Origin: an uncultured Gemmatimonadales bacterium
GTDB lineage: Bacteria; Gemmatimonadota; Gemmatimonadetes; Gemmatimonadales; GWC2-71-9
Direction of reading: 5' to 3'
NCBI GenBank assembly: GCA_963771275.1
Contig: CAVYSW010000010.1
Span: 736,001 to 800,000, forward strand
Length of the DNA stretch: 64,000 bases
Shown: positions 1-10,846 of the stretch, piece by piece
How positions within the stretch are numbered: the first letter of the stretch is position 1
Layout: each line of letters starts with the position of its first letter
Notes under the pieces: generated by a model
Told to the model about the DNA's origin: nothing
Database searches by the model: none
Seen by the model: the letters and a program-made list of their open reading frames with translations, nothing else
Translations under genes and position numbers: made by a program

Positions 1-3000
1 CGGACGGTTGGGTCGTAATCGTCAGCTGGGTCGCCGTCCCCGCGGTTACGGTGACCGTCCCCGACGTGGCCGCCGTCAGCCCGGGCGCCGTGAAGTTCAG
101 CGTGCGATCACCCGTTGCCCCCGTGATGCTGAGATTGGTGAACGTCGCCACCCCGGCCGCACTGGTCGTCGCCGTCAGCGTCCCGCCCAACGTCCCTGCA
201 CCCGTCGCGAGCGTTGCGGTCACGACTACGCCCGTCTGGCTGACCGGATTGCCCGCCCCGTCCCGCAGCTGGAGCGCCGGCTGCTGCAGGAAGGCAAGCC
301 CGCTCTGCACCGTGGCTGACGGCTGCGTCGTCAGCGTCAACTGCGATGCCGTCCCCGCCGCGACCGTCACCGTCCCGGACGTGACCCCCGTCAGTCCGGT
401 GGCCGTGAAGCTCAGCGTGCGATCACCCGTTGCTCCCGTGATGCTGAGATTGGTGAACGTCGCCACCCCGCCGGCGTTGGTGCTGGCTGTCAGGGTCCCG
501 CCGAGGGTCCCGCCACCTGACGCAATCGTGGCCGACACGACGACCCCGCTCTGACTCACCGGGTTCCCGGCCCCGTCCCGCAGCTGGAGCCCCGGCTGCT
601 GCGGGAACGCAATCCCGCTCTGCACCGTGGTCGATGGCTGCGTGGTAATGGTCAGCTGGGTTGCCGTCCCCGCCGCGACCGTCACCGTCCCCGACGTCAC
701 ACCCGTCAGGCCAGTTGCCGCGAAGCCCAGCGTCCGATCGCCAGTCGGTCCCGTGATGCTGAGATTGGTGAAGGTCGCGACCCCAGCCGCGTTGGTCGTC
801 GCCGTCAGCGCCCCGCCCAACGTCCCTGCACCCGTCGCGAGCGTCGCGGTCACCAGCACGCCAGCCTGACTCACTGGATTGCCCGCCCCGTCTCGCACCT
901 GGAGCACCGGCTGCTGCGGGAACGCAAGACCGCTCTGCACCGTGGTCGATGGCTGCGTGGTAATGGTCAGTTGGGTCGCGGTGCCCGCCGTCACTGTCAC
1001 GGCGTTCGAGGTCACGCCGGTCAGCCCGGTCGCCGTGAAGCTCAGCGTGCGATCACCCGTTGCCCCCGTGATGCTGAGATTGGTGAACGTCGCCACCCCG
1101 GCCGCACTGGTCGTCGCCGTCAGCGTCCCGCCCAACGTCCCTGCACCCGTCGCGAGCGTTGCGGTCACGACTACGCCCGTCTGGCTGACCGGATTGCCCG
1201 CCCCGTCCCGCAGCTGGAGCGCCGGCTGCTGCAGGAAGGCAAGCCCGCTCTGGACCGTGCGCCGACGGCTGCGTCGTGAGCGTCAGCTGCGCCGCGGGAC
1301 CCGCCACGACGCCGATGCCGCCCGTCGCCACTCCCGTGAGCCCTGACGCGCTAAACGCCAACGTGCGGCTCCCAATCGTCCCGCTGATCGCCAGGTTCGT
1401 GAACGCCGCCACACCCCCGACGTCCGTTGCAACACTCGTCGTGCCGCTCAGCGTTCCCCCGCCGCTCGCGATCGCTGCCGTGACGACGATCCCGCTCTGG
1501 GTTACGACGTTTCCCGCCCCGTCCCGCACCTGCAGCACCGGCTGCTGTACGAAGGCCACGCCGCTCTGTGCACTGCTCGAGGGTTGAGTAGTCAACGTCA
1601 GCTGGCTCGCCACGCCAGCCGTCACGGCGATGTCCCCAGTGCTCACGGACTGGAACCCGTCCGCGGCGAAGATCAGTCTCCGGACGCCCACCGTCCCCGT
1701 GACGACCAGACCGGCAAAGTGGGCGGCGCCACCCGCATCGGTATTGGCGGACGTCGTTCCGGCCAGCGTGCCGCCGCCGCTGAGTATTGTCGCGATCACG
1801 GTCACGCCGGGCTGTGCCACGGGATTGCCGCTCGCGTCCTGGAGCTGCACCACCGGCTGTTGCGGGAACGCCACCCCGCTCTGTACCGTGGCCGACGGCG
1901 GCGTGGTGAGCGCCAGCTTGGAGCCAGCCCCCGCGCCCAGAGTGACCGAGTTCGACGTGGCGCTGTCCAGGGCCGCCGCTTTGAAGCGCAGCGTGTAGAC
2001 GTCGGTGGGTCCCGTGATGGCGAGGTTCGTGAACGACGCCTGGCCCCCGGCCGACGTGCTCACGGTGAGTGCGCCGCCGAGGGAGGCCCCGCCGGGACCG
2101 GACGCGAGCGACGCGGTGACCGCACGGCCTGGATCGTTCACGGGGTTGCCGCTCGCGTCGGTGACCTGAATGACCGGCTGCTGCGCGAAGGGCAGGCCGC
2201 TCTGCGCACTGCTCGACGGCTGCACCGTGATCCCGAGTCGCGCGGCCAGACCGGCCGCCACGCTAATCGCGTTGGACGTGTCCGGCACCAGACCGGCTGC
2301 CGCGAACGCGAGCGTCCGACCCCCGACGGTCCCCGAAATGCTCAGACCGGTGAAGGCCGCAGCGCCCGACGCACCCGTCGTCGCGGTGGTCGTCCCTGCC
2401 AGCGTTCCACCGCCACTCGCGATCGAGGCGGTCACGGACACCCCGGCTACCGCTACCACATTCCCGCTGGGATCCTGGAGTTGGACGACCGGCTGCTGCG
2501 GGAAGGACACGCCGCTTTGCACCGTCGCCGACGGTTGCGTGGTCAGCACCAGCTGCGTCGCGGCGGCAGCACCGACGGTGACTGTGGACGATGTGACCCC
2601 CGTCAGTCCCACCGCGCTGAAGCTCAGCGTCCGCGGCCCCGCTGTCCCCGTAACCGACAGATCCGCGAAGCTCGCCACACCGCTCGAGTTGGTCCCGACC
2701 GTCGTCGTCCCCCCGAGCGTCCCACCACCCGTCGCGATCGCAGCCGTAACGCTGATCCCGGCCTGACTGACCGGGTTGCCCGCGGCATCCCGGACCTGAA
2801 GCACCGGCTGCTGCGGGAACGGCACGCCACTCTGCGCGCTGGCCGACGGCTGCACCGTGAGGGTGAGCTGCGCGGCTGGCCCCGCCGTGATGTTGATCGC
2901 GTTCGACACGGCGGTGGTCACTCCGCTCGCCGTGAAGCTCAGTGTGCGGGTGCCGACGGTCCCGCTGACCGCCAGGTTGGTGAAGGTCGCCACCCCCGAC

Positions 3001-6000
3001 GGGTTCGTCCCCACAGCCGTCGTTCCACCGAGCGTTCCGCCGCCCGTGGCAATCACGGCGGTCACGGTCACGCCCGCCTGACTCACCACGTTTCCGCCGG
3101 CGTCACGGAGCTGGACCACGGGCTGCTGGGCGAATGCGACCCCGCTCTGCACCGTGGCCGACGGCTGCGTCGTGATGGTCAATTGGGTAGCCGGACCCAC
3201 CGTGACCGTCACCGTGCTCGACGTAATCGATGTCAGGCCGGTCGCGCTGAACGCCAGCGTCCGATCCCCGACCGTCCCGGTGAGCACCAGATTGCTGAAC
3301 GCGGCGATCCCGCTCGCGTTGGTGCTGGCGGTCAGCGTCCCCCCGAGCGTCCCGCCCCCCGTCGCAAGCGCCGCGGCCACCACCACGCTCGCCTGGCTCA
3401 CCGCGTTGCCCGATGCATCCCGGAGCTGCACCACCGGCTGCACCGGGAACGCCACCCCGCTCTGCACACTGGCCGAGGGCTGGCTTGTGATACTCAACTG
3501 TGAGGCTGCCCCCGCCGTCACCGTCACGGTATTCGAGGTCGCCGAGGTCAACCCCGTGGCGCTGAAGGAGAGCGTCCGGTTCCCAACGGCCCCGGTGAGC
3601 ACGAGGTTCGTGAACGTCGCCATGCCGCTCGCGTTCGTGCTGGCCGTCAGCGTCCCCCCGAGCGTCCCGCCCCCACTGGCAACCGCCGCGGTCACCACCA
3701 CGCTCGCCTGGCTCACCACGTTCCCCGATGCATCCCGGATTTGCACGACCGGCTGCGCGGGGAACGCCACCCCACTCTGCACCGACGCCGACGGCTGCGT
3801 CGTCAGCGTCAACTGCGACGCGACGCCCGCCGTGATCGTCACGGTCCCCGACGTGGCGGACGTGAGCCCCGCCGCGCTGAAGGACAACGTCCGGTCCCCA
3901 ACGGCCCCGGTGAGCATGAGGTTCGTGAACGTCGCCACGCCGCTGGCATTGGTGCTGGCTGTCAGGGTCCCACCGAGGGTCCCGCCGCCTGACGCAATCG
4001 TGGCCGACACAACGACCCCGGTCTGGCTCACCGGGTTCCCGGCCCCGTCCCGCACCTGGAGCGCCGGTTGCTGCGGGAACGCAATCCCGCTCTGCACCGT
4101 GGCCGACGGCTGCGTGGTAATGGTCAGCTGGGCCGCCGTCCCCGCCGCGACCGTCACCGTCCCCGACGTCACGCCCGTCAGGCCAGTTGCCGCGAAGCCC
4201 AGCGTCCGATCGCCAGTCGGTCCCGTGATGCTGAGATTGGTGAACGTCGCTACCCCGCCCGCGTTGGTCGTCGCGGTCAGCGCCCCGCCCAACGTCCCGG
4301 CACCCGTCGCGAGCGTCGCGGTCACCGCCACGCCAGCCTGACTCACCGGATTGCCCGCCCCATCTCGCACCTGGAGCACTGGCTGCTGCGGGAACGCAAG
4401 ACCGCTCTGCACCGTGGCCGATGGCTGCGTGGTAATGGTCAGTTGGGTCGCGGTGCCCGCCGTCACCGTCACCACGTTCGAGGTCACGCTGGTCAGCCCG
4501 GTCGCCGTGAAGCTCAGCGTGCGATCACCCGTTGCTCCCGTGATGCTGAGATTGGTGAACGTCGCAAGCCCGCTGGCGTTCGTACTGGCCGTCAGCGCCC
4601 CGCCCAGCGTCCCCGCACCCGTCGCGATCGCCGCCGTCACCACCACGCCAGCCTGACCCACCGGATTGCCGGCACCGTCACGCACCTGCACGCTGGGCTG
4701 GACCGGGAACGCCACCCCGCTCGGCACGGTGGCCGACGGCTGCGTCGTGAGCGTCAACTGGCTGGCCGGCCCGGCGGTGAGACTGATGCTTCCTGAGGCA
4801 ACGCCGGTGAGGCCCGGCGCGCTGAATGCCAGCGTCCTACTCCCGACGGTTCCGCTGATCGCGAGATTGGTGAACGCGGCGACCCCGCTGGCGTTGGTCG
4901 CAACCACGGCCGTTCCGCCGAGCGTGCCGCCGCCGGTCGCGATGGCAGCCGTGACGTTCACCCCCGCCTGGCTCACGGCATTGCCGGACGCATCCCGGAG
5001 TTGCACGACCGGCTGCTGCGGGAAGACCACTCCACTCTGCACGGTCGCGGACGGCGGGGTTGTCATCGTCAGCTGCGCGGCGGGACCGGCGATCACACTG
5101 ATGTCGCCCGAGCTGACCGACTGGTAGCCGTTGGTGGCGAAGATGAGGCGGCGGATGCCGACGGTCCCGGCAAGCGCCAGGTCGGTGTAGCGCGCGGTGC
5201 CGGCGGCATCCGTCGACACCGTCGCCGTCCCGGAGAGTGTCCCGCCACCGCTTTGGATGGTGACCACGATCGCAACGCCGGCCTGGGCCACCGGGTTTCC
5301 GCTCGCGTCCTGGAGCTGGACCACCGGCTGCTGCGGGAACGCCACCCCGCTCGATACCGTGGCGGAGGGCGAGGTCGCGAGCGCCAACCGCGAGCCGGTG
5401 CCCGCCCCCAGCGTGACCGAGTTCGACGTGACACTGTCCAGGCCCGTCGACCTGAAGCGAATCGTGTACCCTCCGGCTGCCCCCGTGATGGCCAGATCGG
5501 TGAAGCTCGCTTGCCCCCCGGAGGCGGTCGTCACGGTCACGGTCCCGTTGAGCGCTCCCCCCGCCCCCGTGGCGAGCGCGGCGGTGACCGCGCGTCCGAC
5601 CTCACTCACCGCGTTGCCGCTCGCGTCGCGCAGCTGCACAATAGGCTGCTGCGAGAAGGCCACGCCGCTTTGCGCGTTGCTCGAGGGCTGCACGGTGATG
5701 CTGAGCGCGGCTGCGGGCCCCGGGGTGAGCGCCACGGCGTTCGACGTCGCGGCGGTCAGCCCCGTGGCGGAGAAGCTCAACGTACGGGTGCCCACCGTCC
5801 CGCTGATGGCCAGATCAGTGAAAATGGCAAGGCCGGTTGCGCCGGTCGTTACGCTCGCCGTTCCTCCCAGCACGCCGCCGCCGGTGGCGATCGCCGCTGT
5901 CACCACGACGCCGCTCTGGCTCAACGCGTTGCCCGAGGCGTCGCGCAGTTGGACCGTCGGCTGCTGTGGGAAGGGCACGCCACTCTGCGCCGAGGCCGAT

Positions 6001-7290
6001 GGCTGGGTCGTGACGGTCAGCTGCGACGCAGCGCCTGACGTGACGTTGATGCTGTTGGACGTCGCACCCGCGAGCCCCGTTGCTGCAAAGGCCAGCGTGC
6101 GTGTTCCAGCGGTCCCCGTGATCGAGAGGGTGCTGAACGTCGCCCGGCCATTCGATGCGGTCGTGGCAGTCGTGGTCCCACCCAGCGTCCCGCCCCCCGA
6201 AGCGATCGTCACCGCGACGACGATCCCGCTCTGGCTCACCGCGTTTCCCGCCGCGTCCCGTACCTGTGCGACCGGCTGTTGGGGGAACACGACCCCGCTC
6301 TGCACGGTGGCCGACGGTTGGGTCGTGAGCGCGAGCTGCGCAGCCAGGCCGGCGGCGACTGTGATCGCGCCTGATGTGGCGCTCACGAGTCCGGATGCCG
6401 TGAAGCCCAGCGTTCGGCTGCCGATGGTCCCGCTGATCGACAGGTTCGTGAACGTGGCCACTCCGGACGCGTCACTCGTCGCGGCGACCGTCCCGCCGAG
6501 CGTGCCACCGCCGCTAGCAATCGCCGCGGTGACGACGATCCCGCTCTGGCTCACCGCGTTGCCGGCTCCGTCACGCACCTGGATGGCCGGTTGCTGCGGG
6601 AACAGCACGCCACTCTGAACACTGCTCGACGGCTGAGTGGTGATCGTGAGCTGCGCTGCCAACCCGGGCACCACCGTGACGTTCGTGGAGGTCACGGCTG
6701 TCAAGCTCGTGGCCGTGAAAATGAGCGTCCGGATCCCGGTTGCGCCGGTGATCCGCAGACTCGAAAACGTGGCGACGCCGCTGATGTCAGTGGTCGCCGT
6801 TGTCGTCCCGCCGAGCGTCCCAGCGCCCGTGGCGATCGCGGCCGTCACCACGATCCCGCTTTGGGCAACCGGATTGCCGGCTCCGTCTCGGACCTGAACG
6901 ACCGGCTGCTGTGGGAACGCCACGCCGCTCTGCACCGTGGCGGAGGGCTGCGTGCTGATGGTGAGCCGGTTTGGTGCGCCGGCAGTGATGTCGAAAGCCG
7001 TGCTTGTGTCCGGGGCAAGCCCGGAGCTGACAGTGATCAATCGGTACGCCGTGCCCACACGGTCGATCCGCAGGCCCGCAAACGTCGCGATTCCCTTCAC
7101 TGCGGCCCCCGTCGTGCTACCGCCCAACGTCGCGCCAGCGGCCCCCGTGCCCGGGGCCAGCCCAACCGTCACCGTCCCCGTGAAGCTGGAGTCGGGGCCA
7201 CCCGCCTGCTTGTGCACTTGGACCTGCACAGCCGGGATGATAGCCGAGTCGACTGCCGCAGCACTCGGCTCTACGAGGAATGCGAGGCGC
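1..7290 (-). repeat. Tandem 315-bp (105-aa) coding repeat array, ~23 units, with higher-order 945-bp and ~3471-bp duplications
   Basis: cgtgcgatca recurs at 101, 416 and 1046 (offsets 315 and 945); 98-307 nearly identical to 1043-1252; 481 region matches 3953 region; 1942 region matches 5413 region. Confidence 0.95.
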
Positions 7291-9128
7291 GTCGGTGGCA
7301 GCTGCACGCGGAAGTCTGTCGACGATTCCCCATTGCCGCCGAAACTGCTCCAGGCGCTCGCACGTCCCGTCTCGTCCGTCGCCCGCGCCTGCCAGTGGTA
7401 GTTCGTGTCATCGCCGAGGCCGGCTACGGTGACCGATGCCGTACTGCCAGTGGAGCCAGCTGCGCTCGAATCCGTGGGCACGTTGGCAAAGCCCTGCGCC
7501 ACGGGCCGCACCTCCACCTGCAGGCGAATCTGCGCTCCAGGATCCGGGTCGGTGACCCCGCCACGGAGGACGGCCACCGTCTGGCGCACCGTGTCGCCGA
7601 CCCCGAGCACGGTGATGCCGTCGCCCCGCAGCTGCGCGAGCGCCGCCGGCGAGCCCGGCGGCTCAGGAACGGCGATGGCGAAGTCGGTCGCGCTTTCGCT
7701 GTTGCCGCCGAAGGGCACCCACGCACTGGCCCGCCCCGTGGGGTCGACGGCCCGCGCCTGCCAGTGGTAATTCGCATCGTCGCCCAGGCCGGTCAGGGTG
7801 GCGAGCCCCGTGCTGCCGCTGGCGACCCCCACGCCGGTGCCCGACGCGACGCCGGTGAACGCCGCTCCGACTGGTCGTACCTCCACCTCCAGCCGGATCA
7901 GCTCGCCGGGGTTGTTGTCCCGTACCGTTCCGGCGAAGACGACGGTCCGTTCGTCCGTCGTGCCCCCGAGCGCGATGCCCGTTGCCGCGTCGCTGCGACG
8001 CTGGCTCAGACCCGTCGGTGTGGCAGGGGGTTCGGGCACGGTCACCACAACGTCGGCGACATCCTCACCGTTGGCGCCGAAGGCGACCCACGCACTGGCA
8101 CGTCCGGTCTGATCGACGCTGCGCCCACGCCAGTGGTAGGACGTGTTGTCCCGCAGGCCGCCAACGCGCGCCGCTGCTTGACCGCCGACGGAAACCGGGG
8201 CGCTGGCCGCCGTCGGCTGTCCCGTGAAGTCGGTGCCGAGCGGCTGCAGCTCGACCTGCAGTTGGAGCGCGTCGTCCGGGTCGGGATCACCCATGACGGC
8301 CCGCACCACGATCACCGAATCGGTGATCCCTCCGCCGACCGCGATGGGGCTCAGGCTGTCCGCGCGGAACTGCGCCAGCGACGTGGGGCTATCGGGGAGG
8401 CGCGGTCGGGACAGATCGAGCGCGAACGTGCCCTCCGCGCTCGCGGCGGTGCTGGTGACCTCGAGGTAATACTGGCCGCCGCGCGGCAGGGTGACGTACC
8501 GGAGACACGCGCCCGCTCCGCCACTGGGACACGAGCTCGACTCCGCCAGCGCCGGCGCCGATCCCACCGTCGCGGTGTCCAGCAGGACGTAGGCGCCGAA
8601 TCCGGTCGCGCGCACGGTCACGCTCACCGAGTCGCCGGCGGTGGCCGTGAACTTGAACAGCTTGCCGAACCGTCCGGCCTGATGCAGCGATTCGCAGTCG
8701 GAGGCCGTGAGCGAGTCGGCAACCGTGACCCCCGTGCCGATCGGCTGCTCCCGGCACGGCAGCACCGCGAAGCGCACGGGTACCCGCAACGGCTCCGCGG
8801 CGCCGTTCTGCTGGGAGATGATCACCGTGTCCTGGTACTCGCCCACGAACAGCGCGCTCGGGTTGAACGAGACCGCGAGCGTGGCAGGGGTCGTCCCGCT
8901 GCTCGGCGCGAGCGCGAGCCATGAGCTCGCCGTGGCCTTCGCCGCCGACCACGCGAGCGCCCCCGGGCCGGAGCTCGTGACCGCCAGGGTCTGCTGCCGC
9001 ACCGGGCGACTACCGACCGCCGCGGAGTCGCGCAGCAGCGCGGGATCGACGACCAGGGCCCCCGGAGGGTCGGGGTTCACCAACTCGTCGAGCTTGCACG
9101 TGCTGACCGACAGGCCCGCCAGAACCAC
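1..9128 (-). CDS. Giant repetitive surface protein (putative lipoprotein/adhesin): BACON-like, PPC-like, 3 x ~123-aa FN3-like repeats and ~23 x 105-aa Big_1/invasin-like Ig repeats; +1 frameshift at ~1260; 3' end outside window
   Basis: ORF 1053..9128 (2691 aa) with repeats such as QLTITTQPSATVQSGVAFPQQPVVQLRDASGN; the same repeat continues in another frame from ~1259 to base 1 (first bases read ...GTATQLTITTQPS on the minus strand); N-terminal hydrophobic stretch ending in VST-C lipobox-like motif. Confidence 0.8.
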
Positions 9129-9264
9129 GGCTGACAGGGCAACGAGTCTGCGTGGCGCGGAACGAAGGTACGTAGGCAGGCTCCGTGGCGATCACGCCGG
9201 ACGTCGTCGCAGGCCGTCGACCGACCGGCGCCAACGAACCCGGCTGGATTCATTAGTCCGGGAC

Positions 9265-9279
9265 GCGAATATCGTGCCC
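9265..9279 (-). promoter_or_regulatory. Possible sigma-54 (-24/-12) promoter upstream of the giant protein gene
   Basis: Minus strand GGGCACGATATTCGC = GG-N10-GC, resembling TGGCACG-N4-TTGC. Confidence 0.35.
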
Positions 9280-9538
9280 TGCCAACCTCAAGCAGGAGCG
9301 GGCGCTACGCTCGCGACCGCGACCCCTTGTTGCGACACCGCCACACCCCATCACCATGGGGTAATGTCGCTGCCCGCCTTGGCTTGCCGCGCCGTACGCG
9401 CACCACGCCCCGGGGCGATGCGCGCGTTGCGGGGGGGCAGTATTCTGGCTCCCGGGACGGCCGGAGGGAATGGCTGGAAACAACTCGGCGCCGGTGGCCG
9501 TGGGGGCCGCCGGCGCCGGGCGCTCGCGTGAGCGCGGG

Positions 9539-10837
9539 CTATGGCAGGAGCTTGCGTTCCCGGGCCGCTCGCAGGAGCTCGTCCTGGAACCGCGGATCCG
9601 CGATCAGCACCAGGGCCTCGACCCGCTCGCGCAGGTTCTTGCCGAACAGGTTGGCGACGCCGTGCTCGGTCACGACGTAGTGCACGTCCGCCCGGCTCGT
9701 CACGACCCCGGCCCCCTCCTTGAGATAGGGCACGATGCGCGACATCAGGCCCCCTTTGGCGCTGCTCGGGAGCGCGATCACCGGCCGCCCCCCGCGGGAG
9801 CGCGCGGCCCCGCGGATGAAATCCACCTGCCCGCCGAACCCGGAGTAGATGTACGAGCCGATCGAGTCCGAGCAGACCTGGCCGGTGAGATCCACCTCGA
9901 TCGCGGAGTTGACCGCCACCATGTTGTCGTTGTGGCTCACGATTTCCGGGTCGTTCACGTAGTTGACGGGATGCGCCTCGATCAGCGGGTTGTTGTCGAG
10001 AAAGCCGTACAGCTGTTCCGTCCCGAGGGCGAACGTGATGACCACCTTGCCGGGGTGCAGCGTCTTGCGGGTGCCCGTCACGACGCCACGCTCGATCGCG
10101 CGCATCGCCCCGTCGGACATCATCTCGGTGTGGATCCCGAGCTCGAGGTCGCCTTCCATGGCCTCGTACACCGAGTCGGGGATGCCGCCGATCCCCATCT
10201 GCACGGTGGAGCCCGGCTTGAGCAGGCCGACCACGTTGCGCGCGATGGCCTTCTCCACCTCGGTGGCCGGTGGGGACCGGAGCTCGGGGAGCGGCTCCGT
10301 GCACTCCACGATCGCCGTCACACGGTTCACGTGCAGGAAGCAGTCGCCCAGCACGCGCGGCATCTTCTCGTTGACCTGCACGATGACGGTTTTCGCCGCC
10401 TGGCAGGCGGCCATCGATGCCAGCGTCTCCACGCCCAGGCTCATGAAGCCGTGCTCGTCGGGAGGCGACACCTGCACCATCGTCACGTCCAGCGGCACGA
10501 TCTTGTCGCGGAACAGCCGCGGGATCATGTGCAGGAAGATCGGCACGTAGTCGGCGCGGCCGTCGTTCACCGCCTGGCGATCGGCCGGCCCCACGAACAG
10601 GGAATTGTGGCGAAAGTGGCCTTCCATCCCCGGTGCCGAGAGCGGGTCGTCGCCGATCAGCAACACGTGGTTGAGCTGGACGTCATGCAGCTCATCGCGG
10701 CGGGCCGCGAGGGCGCGGACGAGCGCCTGGGGGATGGCGGCGTTGCCGCCGTAGTACACGCAGTCGCCGCTCTCGATCAGCCCCACCGCGTCGGCGGGAC
10801 TGCGGAGCTTGGACGTGTAGTCGTCCATCCAGTTCAT
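9539..10837 (-). CDS. Acetyl-CoA hydrolase/transferase family protein (4-hydroxybutyrate CoA-transferase-like)
   Basis: 432 aa; motifs VSPPDEHGFMSLG, QMGIGGIP, GIHTEM (catalytic Glu), GFGGQVDF, VTEHGVA. Confidence 0.9.
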   Translation of the reverse strand: MNWMDDYTSKLRSPADAVGLIESGDCVYYGGNAAIPQALVRALAARRDELHDVQLNHVLLIGDDPLSAPGMEGHFRHNSLFVGPADRQAVNDGRADYVPIFLHMIPRLFRDKIVPLDVTMVQVSPPDEHGFMSLGVETLASMAACQAAKTVIVQVNEKMPRVLGDCFLHVNRVTAIVECTEPLPELRSPPATEVEKAIARNVVGLLKPGSTVQMGIGGIPDSVYEAMEGDLELGIHTEMMSDGAMRAIERGVVTGTRKTLHPGKVVITFALGTEQLYGFLDNNPLIEAHPVNYVNDPEIVSHNDNMVAVNSAIEVDLTGQVCSDSIGSYIYSGFGGQVDFIRGAARSRGGRPVIALPSSAKGGLMSRIVPYLKEGAGVVTSRADVHYVVTEHGVANLFGKNLRERVEALVLIADPRFQDELLRAARERKLLP

Positions 10838-10846
10838 GGCCGGTCC

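Noticed and set aside
1..7290. Repeat array as CRISPR or other non-coding array
   Set aside because: Period is 315 nt, codon-phased and protein-coding, with no repeat-spacer structure and no cas genes
1..9128. Many plus-strand ORFs over the repeat gene (e.g. 1584..3503, 5197..6618, 6591..8924)
   Set aside because: Antisense shadows of a GC-rich repetitive CDS; no independent motifs
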